Source: an uncultured Actinomycetes bacterium
GTDB lineage: Bacteria; Actinomycetota; UBA4738; HRBIN12
Assembly (NCBI GenBank): GCA_963821925.1
Contig: CAWGFO010000012.1
Span: 4,123 to 68,122, forward strand
Length of the DNA: 64,000 nucleotides
Direction: 5' to 3'
The position numbers and the translations under genes are program-made. The notes under the pieces were generated by a model that saw nothing but the letters and a program-made list of their open reading frames with translations, did not search any database and was not told the DNA's origin. Positions 56,559 to 64,000 of this stretch are shown here, piece by piece; the first letter of the stretch is position 1, and each line of letters opens with the position of its first letter.

Positions 56559-57868
56559 GCCGTCACCTCGTCTCGGATCGGTTCGACGGACCATCCCGCA
56601 TCCGGTCGGAAGACCTCCAGGGCCGCGCCGGGCGGTGGGTCGTCGAGGCGCACGCACAGCCCGTCGCCATCGAGGCGCCAGCCGAGCCGGCCGATCGCGT
56701 CCGCGCGAGCCCGCCACCACGCGGCGAGCTCCGCGGCGCTCATCGGGGCCACGTCGTCCCGGCGCACGGCCGCCGTGAGCCACCGCTCCACGGCGCCGGC
56801 GTAGTCCCGCGTGTCCCCTTCGAGCCGGCCGTAGCCGGCGTCGGGCGGATCGATGAAGACGTGCGCCAGCCCGCCCGCGACGACCGCCCGATCGAGCACT
56901 TCCTGCAGCACCGCCCCGTAGTCCTCGGGCGCGGCCGTGCGGTTCCGGACCCCCTCGTCGAGGCTGTTGTAGGAGCAGCAGCCGTTCGGGAACGCGCGAT
57001 CCGAGGGATCGGCCGAGATCGGGAGCTGGAGGAAGCGGTGCCGTCGCGCGGGATCGGGATGCGTGCGCAGGAGCGCAGCGTCCTCGGGACGATCGCTCCA
57101 CGGCTCGACCGCCTGCTGGTAGGGCAGCCCGCCCGTCACGGCGTGGTTCGCCCCCACCGAGGACTCGGCCACGTACCCGAGGCGCTCGAGCACGGCCGCG
57201 GATCGCTCCCACGCCTCCCACTGGAAATGCGGGAGCCGGAACATCCGGTGGTCGCCGGAGCCGAGCTCGGTCCGGAACGTCGCGTCGCTCCGCTCGATCT
57301 CCTCCGCCATCCGTTCCCCCGAGAGCGTCGCCCACGCCGCGGGCTCCCAGTAGGAGTACGGATGGCTGAAGGAGTGGTTGTAGTACTCGGCGCCCGGCGG
57401 GAACGAGCCGGGCTCGGCATCGACGTTCGCGGCGGCGGCGAAGATCCCGTATCGGTCGTACCCGGCTCGGCGCATCGTCTCGATCGCGGGCGCTACGTAT
57501 CGGGCGCACTCGGGATCCACGCCGGTCGGGTGATCGACGTCGCCGTCCACCACGAGGGCCGCGACCTTCCCGTCGGGCCATCGCGAGAGTCCCACCAGCC
57601 CCGCCGACGCGTGCGCCTCCAGCACGGCGAATGCCGCCTCGGCCAGCTCGTCTTCGCGTCCCGGACCCTCGAGGACCGGGAGCATGTCCGGCGTGAGGAT
57701 CGTCGTCCACCGCTCGGGCGTCTCCCGGTCCGTGATCTCGAACGGGAAGCCCCAGGCCTCGAGGAGCGCGCACCAGCGCGCGCCGGCTGACCACGAGGGA
57801 TCACGTTCGGGGGGGAGGACGACGGCGACCCGCGGCTCTCGCGTCCATGGGAAGGTCCGCTCGCTCAC
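56555..57868 (-). CDS. Polysaccharide deacetylase (CE4/NodB)-like protein
   Basis: RWPDGK...VDGDVD, NHSFSH, FRLP motifs. Confidence 0.7.
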   Translation of the reverse strand: MSERTFPWTREPRVAVVLPPERDPSWSAGARWCALLEAWGFPFEITDRETPERWTTILTPDMLPVLEGPGREDELAEAAFAVLEAHASAGLVGLSRWPDGKVAALVVDGDVDHPTGVDPECARYVAPAIETMRRAGYDRYGIFAAAANVDAEPGSFPPGAEYYNHSFSHPYSYWEPAAWATLSGERMAEEIERSDATFRTELGSGDHRMFRLPHFQWEAWERSAAVLERLGYVAESSVGANHAVTGGLPYQQAVEPWSDRPEDAALLRTHPDPARRHRFLQLPISADPSDRAFPNGCCSYNSLDEGVRNRTAAPEDYGAVLQEVLDRAVVAGGLAHVFIDPPDAGYGRLEGDTRDYAGAVERWLTAAVRRDDVAPMSAAELAAWWRARADAIGRLGWRLDGDGLCVRLDDPPPGAALEVFRPDAGWSVEPIRDEVTA

Positions 57869-57975
57869 GACGCCTCCGGTCGCCGACCTCTCGAACGTAT
57901 GCTAGCCCTGCGAGGGTCGCCGCGACCCTGCCCGGTCACCGGCGCGCGGCTTCGCCGGTCGGGAGCGTGTCGGTG

Positions 57976-58737
57976 ATGGAGACCACCCGAGACCTGATCG
58001 ATCGGTTCGACGGGACGCTCGACGGCGAGGTGGCGCTCATCACGGGTGCGGGCTCGGGGATCGGTCGTGCCTGCGCCGCGGCGCTCGCCCGTGCCGGCGC
58101 GGACGTCGCACTGATGGGTCGGCGTGAAGCACCGCTCGACGAGTCGGCCACCCTGGTGGAGACGGCGGGACGCCGCGCCGTCGTGTTCGCCGGGGACGTG
58201 ACGGACCACTCACAGGTGGACGCCGCGGCGATCCAGATCGAGGAGATGCTGGGCCCGATCGGCATCGCCGTGGCCAACGCGGGAGTGAACGCCTGGGGCG
58301 AGCTCGACACCCTGCCGCCCGAGGCGTTGCGTGCCGCGCTCGCGACGAACGTCGAGGGTGTCGCGAACCTCGCGCGGGCCGTGGTGCCCGGGATGCGGCG
58401 TCGAGGGACCGGGAAGCTCCTGGTGATCGCCTCGGACAACGGCCGGCGCGCCGAGGCCGAGGGCGCGGGCTACGTCGCCTCCAAGTTCGGCGCCGTCGGG
58501 CTGGCGCTCTCCCTCTCGCAGGAGCTCTACGGCACCGGGGTCGGAGTCCACGTGATCGAGCCGGGGTGCGTCGACACCGAGTGGTACGGGGACGACGAGG
58601 CGGACGTGCCCCGAGACCGGATGCTGAGCGCGGACGACGTCGCGTACCTGGCGCTGTTCCTCGCCACGCTGCCGAACGCGATCGTGCTCGAAGAGTCGCT
58701 CCTCGTGCCGCGCGGGCTCCTGGTCGATCCGTGGTGA
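57976..58737 (+). CDS. Short-chain dehydrogenase/reductase
   Basis: TGAGSGIG, NAG, YVASK, PGCVDT. Confidence 0.92.
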   Translation: METTRDLIDRFDGTLDGEVALITGAGSGIGRACAAALARAGADVALMGRREAPLDESATLVETAGRRAVVFAGDVTDHSQVDAAAIQIEEMLGPIGIAVANAGVNAWGELDTLPPEALRAALATNVEGVANLARAVVPGMRRRGTGKLLVIASDNGRRAEAEGAGYVASKFGAVGLALSLSQELYGTGVGVHVIEPGCVDTEWYGDDEADVPRDRMLSADDVAYLALFLATLPNAIVLEESLLVPRGLLVDPW

Positions 58738-59675
58738 GCGGCGGCGCGCCGACGTCGGCGATCACGGTGATCGGCAACGTGAACGCCGACCTGATCGTGC
58801 GCGACGTGTCGGAGCTCCCGCCTCCCGGCGAGGAGTGGGAGGTCGACGCGGTGGAGCTGCGGCCGGGCGGCGCGGCGGCGAACTGCGGGCTCGCGTTGGC
58901 CGCCCTCGGTGAGACAGCGCGCGTCGTCGGGTCGGTCGGCCGAGACCGCATCGGGGCGCTCCTCCTCGAGCAGCTGATCGCCGCGGGGGTCGCGACCGCG
59001 GACGTCCGCATCGAGCAGGGTCAGGCGACGGGCGTGTCGATCGCGTTCGAGGCCCCAGGGCGGGACCGATCGTTCCTGACCTCGCTGGGGTGCCTCGCCA
59101 CCTTCGACGCATCGGCCGTGTCCGAGGACGCCCTCACGGCGCGCCTCGTGCTGCTGGGTGGGTACTTCCTGCTCCCGGCGCTGCGTGGGTCCGGCGCGGC
59201 CGACCTCCTGCGACGGGCACGGGCGCACGGCGCGATGACCTGCTTCGACCCCGGGTGGGATCCGGTGGGCTGGCCCCCGTCGACCCTGGGCGAGCTCGCG
59301 GGGATCCTTTCCTCGGTCGACGTGTTCCTTCCGAACGGGGCGGAGGCGGCGGCGATCGCCGGTGCGCAGGATCCCCGCGAGGCGGCCCGACGGCTGCAGG
59401 CGATGCTCGCTTCGGGGGGGTGGGCGATCGTGAAGCTGGGCGCGGAGGGATGTATCGCCGCCGGACCGGAGGGGGCGGAGACCGCGTCGCCGGCGCCAAC
59501 CACCACGGTGGTCGACTCCACCGGCGCCGGCGACGCCTTCAACGCCGGACTGCTGGCCGCGATGCGGGCGGGGGCCGACGTTCCCGAGGCGCTCGGGTTC
59601 GCCGTGCGCGTCGCCTCGGCCGTCGTCGGCCGACCGTCGGTCGGTCGCTATCCGACGCGCGCCGAGCTCGGGTAG
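58734..59675 (+). CDS. PfkB family carbohydrate kinase
   Basis: GGAAAN, VGRDRIG, PNGAEA, VKLGAEG, DSTGAGDAF. Confidence 0.92.
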   Translation: MSGGAPTSAITVIGNVNADLIVRDVSELPPPGEEWEVDAVELRPGGAAANCGLALAALGETARVVGSVGRDRIGALLLEQLIAAGVATADVRIEQGQATGVSIAFEAPGRDRSFLTSLGCLATFDASAVSEDALTARLVLLGGYFLLPALRGSGAADLLRRARAHGAMTCFDPGWDPVGWPPSTLGELAGILSSVDVFLPNGAEAAAIAGAQDPREAARRLQAMLASGGWAIVKLGAEGCIAAGPEGAETASPAPTTTVVDSTGAGDAFNAGLLAAMRAGADVPEALGFAVRVASAVVGRPSVGRYPTRAELG

Positions 59676-60481
59676 CGCGGACGCAGGATCGCGAACGCGC
59701 CGTACCCCACCACCCGCTCGGGGTCGCCGGCCGTGTCCCCCGACGTCCGCAGGTCCAGGAGCTGGATCTCCATCGACGCCGCGCGGGCGAACGCGATCGC
59801 CCCACGGAGCGCGTACGCGCCACACGCTTCCCACGGCCCGATCGCGTCGGCGTCGAGCGCCAAGATGGCCTCGGCGGTACGTCGATCGTGAGCGCGCGCG
59901 CTCGCGAGATCCTCGTAGTGGCTCAGATCGGTGCTGACGACGACGAGATCCGCCTGCCGGCCGACCGAACCGAGCACGCCGGCCACCTCGCCGGGCGTCG
60001 CTCGACCCACCGCGATCGGCAGGATCCGAAGCGCCGATCCCAGCAGCCGCTGCAGGAACGGCACCTGCACCTCGAGCGCATGCTCAGGCGCGTGGGGGCC
60101 GTCGTCGAGGACACATCCGGCGCACCTCGCGAGCTCGCGCAGCTCTGGGTCCACCGGAACGTCGCCCAGCGGCGTTCGCCAGGCGCCGGACACCGGCACC
60201 GCGCACCCCTCGAGCGGCACGAAGTGCGCGGGGCCGAGCACGACGACCCGGGAGGTCGTCTCCACCCACGGGCGAACCGTCGCGTAGCCGCTCGCCGCCA
60301 CGGGTCCCGAGTACCGGTAGCCGGCGTGCGGCACCACGACCCCCCATGGCCGCGCACCCGACCACGGCTCGGCCTCCTTCAGCAGGCGATCCACCTCTCC
60401 GGCCAGGCGTGACGCACTCCTCGGGTAGAACGTCCCCGCGGCTGCGGGCGGACGAACGGACCCGGTCGCCATCGCACTCAC
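59648..60481 (-). CDS. amrB: AmmeMemoRadiSam system protein B (MEMO1 family)
   Basis: RPPAAAGTFYP, PHAGYRYSG, GPAH, EHALEVQVPFLQ, STDLSHY, VVGYGA; start at 60481 or 60472. Confidence 0.92.
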   Translation of the reverse strand: MSAMATGSVRPPAAAGTFYPRSASRLAGEVDRLLKEAEPWSGARPWGVVVPHAGYRYSGPVAASGYATVRPWVETTSRVVVLGPAHFVPLEGCAVPVSGAWRTPLGDVPVDPELRELARCAGCVLDDGPHAPEHALEVQVPFLQRLLGSALRILPIAVGRATPGEVAGVLGSVGRQADLVVVSTDLSHYEDLASARAHDRRTAEAILALDADAIGPWEACGAYALRGAIAFARAASMEIQLLDLRTSGDTAGDPERVVGYGAFAILRPRYPSSARVG

Positions 60482-61560
60482 GCTCCCAGCCGAACCGGGC
60501 GACGCCGCTCCCCCCACGTACCAGGCGACGCCTCGAACACCCCGGTGCACGCGGCGCCGCACCCACGGCAGCGTCCGGCCGGATCGAGTCCCCATCCCGT
60601 GATCTCGTAGCCGTCACGGCCGATCAGCACCGCGTCACACGCGTGGCACCGGGTCGTCTGACCTTCGGGGTCGACGACGTTCCCCGTGTACGCGTAGCGG
60701 ACCCCGTTCCGGATCGCGATCCGGCGGGCGCGCCGGAGAGTCTCTCGCGGGGTAGGTGGCCGGTCGAGCATCTTCCAGTCCGGATGGAACGCGGTGAAGT
60801 GCATCGGCACGTCGGGGCCGAGATGCTCGACGACCCACCGCGTCATGTCGTCGAGCTCGGGGTCCGAGTCATTCAGTCCCGGGATCAGCAGCGTCGTGAG
60901 CTCGAACCAGACGCCGGTCTCGTGCGCGAGGTGCTCCAGTGTCGCCAGCACCGGCGCGAGATGCCCGGCGCAGACGTCATGGTAGAAGCCCTCGGTGAAC
61001 CCCTTGAGATCGACGTTCGCCGCATCCATGTGCGCGAAGAACTCCCGTCCCGGCTCCGAGTTCACGTAGCCGGCGGTGACCGCCACGGCCTTGATCCCAC
61101 GCGCGCGGCACGCGTCGGCGACGTCGATCGCGTACTCCATGAAGATCACCGGGTCGTTGTAGGTGAAGGCCACCGAGCGGCACCCGAGCCGGACGGCCGC
61201 GTCGGCGAGCGCCCCCGGTGAGGCCGCGTCGGCCAGGGTATCGACGTCACGGGACTTCGAGATGTCCCAGTTCTGGCAGAAGCGGCAAGCCAGGTTGCAG
61301 CCGGCGGTGCCGAACGAGAGCACCGGCGTCCCCGGCAGGAAGTGCGCGAGCGGCTTCTTCTCGATCGGATCGACGCAGAAGCCCGAGGACCGCCCGTAGG
61401 TCGTGAGCACGATCGCGTCGCCCTCGCGCTTCCTCACGAAGCAGAGCCCGCGCTGATCCTCGTGCAGCGCGCACGCACGCGGGCACACATCGCAGCGGAT
61501 CCGCCCGTCGTCCAGACGATGCCACCACATGGTCGGATGGGACGTCTCCCTCACCGACAT
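60478..61560 (-). CDS. amrS: AmmeMemoRadiSam system radical SAM enzyme
   Basis: CDVCPRAC, DPIEKKPL, CNLACRFCQNW, TYNDP, DLKGF. Confidence 0.95.
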   Translation of the reverse strand: MSVRETSHPTMWWHRLDDGRIRCDVCPRACALHEDQRGLCFVRKREGDAIVLTTYGRSSGFCVDPIEKKPLAHFLPGTPVLSFGTAGCNLACRFCQNWDISKSRDVDTLADAASPGALADAAVRLGCRSVAFTYNDPVIFMEYAIDVADACRARGIKAVAVTAGYVNSEPGREFFAHMDAANVDLKGFTEGFYHDVCAGHLAPVLATLEHLAHETGVWFELTTLLIPGLNDSDPELDDMTRWVVEHLGPDVPMHFTAFHPDWKMLDRPPTPRETLRRARRIAIRNGVRYAYTGNVVDPEGQTTRCHACDAVLIGRDGYEITGWGLDPAGRCRGCGAACTGVFEASPGTWGERRRPVRLGA

Positions 61561-61672
61561 CGCACGCCTCCATCTCCATCATCGCTCAGGTGCCGGCGAC
61601 CGTCCCAGGGGAACGCGGCGTCGCTCAGGGTCGGTAGGCTCACAGCATCCGAGAGGGTCGGTGAGCGATCTC

Positions 61673-62215
61673 ATGCGACAGATCTGGCTCCTGCGTCACG
61701 CGAAGTCGAGCTGGGACGACCCGACCCTGGCCGACGCAGATCGGCCCCTTGCGGCGCGAGGCAGACGAGATGCCGCGGTGATGGCCCCCTACTTGGCGAC
61801 GCTCGATCTGCCCCGGCTCGTGCTGTGCTCGGCGGGACTCCGGGCCCGGCAGACCCTCGCCGCGGTCCTCCCTTCGCTCGGCAGCGGGCTGGAGATCAGG
61901 ATCGAGCCCGAGCTCTACACGTTCGACGCCGACGTACTCCTCGCCCGGCTCCGCCGGCTAGACGACGACGTGACCTCGGTCATGCTCGTGGGCCACAACC
62001 CTGCCTTGGAAGAGCTCGCGATGGACCTCACCTCCGACGGCGAGCTCCGCGAGCGGCTCGATCAGAAGTTCCCGACGGGAGCGCTCGCCACGATCGAGCT
62101 GCCCGGGGAGCGCTGGGCCTCGCTCGGCGATCCCAGCGGTCGGATCACGCGGTTCGTCACGCCGAGGGATCTCGGCGGGGCCACGCCCCCGAGCTCCACA
62201 GCGCCCACAGGATGA
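61673..62215 (+). CDS. SixA-like histidine phosphatase
   Basis: LLRHAKS, DRPL..RG, RARQT, LVGHNP. Confidence 0.9.
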   Translation: MRQIWLLRHAKSSWDDPTLADADRPLAARGRRDAAVMAPYLATLDLPRLVLCSAGLRARQTLAAVLPSLGSGLEIRIEPELYTFDADVLLARLRRLDDDVTSVMLVGHNPALEELAMDLTSDGELRERLDQKFPTGALATIELPGERWASLGDPSGRITRFVTPRDLGGATPPSSTAPTG

Positions 62216-62546
62216 GGATCGGCTGCAGCACGAGCCGGCCCCACCGCTCGGACGGCGTGTCGAGACCGAACGCGTCCGTGCCGGCGATCGCCTGGTAGAG
62301 GTTCCCCGGGAACACCACCAGCAGGAAGAACGCGAGCGCCCATCCGGTTCGACGCCGCCACGTGCCGCGAGTGAGCGCGAGCGCGACCCCCAGCCCGATC
62401 TCGACGACGCCGCTGACCCACACGATCGGCGTCCGGAAGGGCAGCCAGGTGGGCACCTGCCCCAGGAACGCGTCAGCCGACACCAGATGGCTGATCCCGG
62501 CGAACACGATGAAACCGGCGAGCACCCACCGGAACGCGGCTCGCAC
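62157..62546 (-). CDS. DoxX-like membrane protein
   Basis: AGISH, VP.WLP, SGVVEI, VFPGN, RL..QP. Confidence 0.85.
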   Translation of the reverse strand: MRAAFRWVLAGFIVFAGISHLVSADAFLGQVPTWLPFRTPIVWVSGVVEIGLGVALALTRGTWRRRTGWALAFFLLVVFPGNLYQAIAGTDAFGLDTPSERWGRLVLQPILILWALWSSGAWPRRDPSA

Positions 62547-62564
62547 GACGGTGGCGCTCGGCGA

Positions 62565-62702
62565 CTACTTCCCGCCGACGCTGAAGTTCGAGCCGGAGGA
62601 GCCCGAGTTCCCCTTCGCCTTCTTGGCGGCGCGCTTCTCTTTCAGGCTCTTGCTGGCAGCGGTCTTGGAACCCTTGCCGCCACCCTTGTCCTTGCTGGCC
62701 AT
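62565..62702 (-). CDS. Small Lys-rich protein MASKDKGGGKGSKTAASKSLKEKRAAKKAKGNSGSSGSNFSVGGK (45 aa)
   Basis: Below the ORF-track cutoff; GGAAGGGG SD, ATG 62702, TAG 62565, strong GC3 codon bias (AAG, GGC). Confidence 0.75.
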   Translation of the reverse strand: MASKDKGGGKGSKTAASKSLKEKRAAKKAKGNSGSSGSNFSVGGK

Positions 62703-62762
62703 GGCTACCCCTTCCTGGGAGGGAATGTCTCCTCACCATGTCACAACCGGGGTCGTCTGGGG

Positions 62763-62957
62763 CTACTCGGCCGCCAGGCTCATCCGGTACCGCTCATCGC
62801 CCGTGTCGAGGTCGCGCAGCGCCACGTGGGTCGTGCCGTCGGCCGAGAGCGACTCCCATGCCGTGCCGAACCACGCCTCCGCATCGGCCTGCGTCGCGAA
62901 CGTCTCGGAGGTCCCGCGCTCGGCGCCCTCTGCGTCGATGAATACCCACTCGACCAT
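62763..62957 (-). CDS. Small hypothetical protein (64 aa)
   Basis: F.TQADAEAW.G..W..L...G...MSL pattern; AAGGA SD. Confidence 0.7.
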   Translation of the reverse strand: MVEWVFIDAEGAERGTSETFATQADAEAWFGTAWESLSADGTTHVALRDLDTGDERYRMSLAAE

Positions 62958-63057
62958 CGGTTCCGTCCTTCGCGTCTCGGTTCGGCTAGTGCCGCACGAC
63001 GAACGTTGCGGAACGAACCTTCATCCGTCGGCCCTTCGTGCGGGTTACGAGCCGACC

Positions 63058-64000
63058 CTACAGCGGGAGGTGGGACGAGTAGAGGGCGATCCCCTGCTGG
63101 TCGACGCCGCCGACCCTCGTGAAGTGCCCGACGAACGCCACGGTCCCCGGCCCTTTCTGGATCGCCCACACGCCGTTGCTCGAGTTCGCGCTCGGCTTCC
63201 AGGAGAGGAGATCGCCCGTGGTCGCGTTCACGGCCGCCACGTGGTGTCGCACGGTCGAGTTGTCGGCGGTGCACTTCTGTGTGTGCGTCCCGGGCGGAGG
63301 GTTCTGGGAGCACGCCGCACCCGCGTAATTGAAATGGCCGCCGAGGTAGAGCACGTTCCCACGCAGCTCACATCCCGTCGTGTCCCCGTCGTCGCCCGCC
63401 GCGAACACGGGGTTGGGCGCGCCCGTCGTGAGGTTCGTCACGAGCACGTTGAAGGCCAGCTGTTGCTCATGCCACACCTTCCAGAACCCGCCGCACATGT
63501 ACGCCTTCGTGTCCGTGATGATCACGCGGTAGACACGGTGGGTCTCGTTCGGGATGCAGGTCGGACAGTTGGTCGGCGCGTAGATGTCGGGGTTCCACGG
63601 ACGCAACGTCTTGCCGGTGCTCGCGTCGACCGCTGCCGCCTCGTTCCGGTTCGTACCGTTCACCGTCCCGAAGTGTCCCCCGAAGTAGACCGTGGAGCCA
63701 TCGGTGGACAGGTCGATCGAGAAGATCACCGGCGCGCAGCGGGGTGGGCAGGTCGTGCCGCCGACCTGCCCCACGGTGGGTGCCCACGGCAAGAGCGTGC
63801 CTTTCCGGTCGAGTTGCGCCAGTCGCTGTCGCGGTTCGCCGTTCACCGAGCTGAAGGAGCCGCCCAGGAAGATCTGCCCGGCGTCGTCGAGCCGGAAAGT
63901 CCGGACGACCCCGTTCGCCCGCGGGCTCCACTTCAAGACCTTGCCCGTCGTGGCATCGACCGCGGCGAGGTTGGACCGCGGCTTCCCACGGACCGACGAG
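63058..64000 (-). CDS. Beta-propeller surface/secreted protein, C-terminal part (5' end outside the window)
   Basis: Repeated (Y/F).GG.F..V.G..R...A...TG...W.P units; Cys-rich loops. Confidence 0.8.
   Translation of the reverse strand, partial: SSVRGKPRSNLAAVDATTGKVLKWSPRANGVVRTFRLDDAGQIFLGGSFSSVNGEPRQRLAQLDRKGTLLPWAPTVGQVGGTTCPPRCAPVIFSIDLSTDGSTVYFGGHFGTVNGTNRNEAAAVDASTGKTLRPWNPDIYAPTNCPTCIPNETHRVYRVIITDTKAYMCGGFWKVWHEQQLAFNVLVTNLTTGAPNPVFAAGDDGDTTGCELRGNVLYLGGHFNYAGAACSQNPPPGTHTQKCTADNSTVRHHVAAVNATTGDLLSWKPSANSSNGVWAIQKGPGTVAFVGHFTRVGGVDQQGIALYSSHLPL

Noticed and set aside
54498-57794. Single 1098-aa protein
   Set aside because: The upstream part overlaps the real 56555-57868 gene in another frame; the glycosidase begins at GTG 56558
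62720-62750. CRP site (TGTGA half-site; similar one near 33880)
   Set aside because: The second half-site TCACA is absent at the 6-nt spacing
1-64000. Mobile elements, prophage or genomic island
   Set aside because: No integrase, transposase or phage genes, no tRNA attachment site and no obvious compositional shift

Overview
This is a very GC-rich, gene-dense chromosomal window, most likely from an Actinomycetota genome. The evidence is F420-dependent LLM/PPOX enzymes, an Eis-type GNAT, a stand-alone LigD-type primase-polymerase and frequent leaderless -10 boxes. I found no rRNA, tRNA, CRISPR array, integrase or transposase. About 65 CDS are supported, including four class III nucleotide cyclases, an ECF sigma/anti-sigma pair, a sugar ABC/glycosidase cluster, amrS-amrB and many oxidoreductases. 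Five genes carry apparent single-base frameshifts that look like long-read errors, and one chimeric junction (amine-oxidase N-terminus joined to an EAL C-terminus) lies at about 32820. The most interesting items are: (1) a self-contained ~250-nt structured transcription unit at 21530-21820 with a promoter, a sequestered perfect SD, a 13-codon sORF and a terminator; (2) a urease-like enzyme with intact Ni ligands but a remodelled urea pocket and no accessory genes in the window; (3) a PolX-like HhH-PHP protein lacking the polymerase core, translationally coupled to a primase-polymerase; (4) a reductase-adenylation fusion coupled to a pyruvyltransferase-family gene. Many long ORFs in the supplied track are GC-rich shadow frames. 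All calls come from motif recognition only; no database searches were run.
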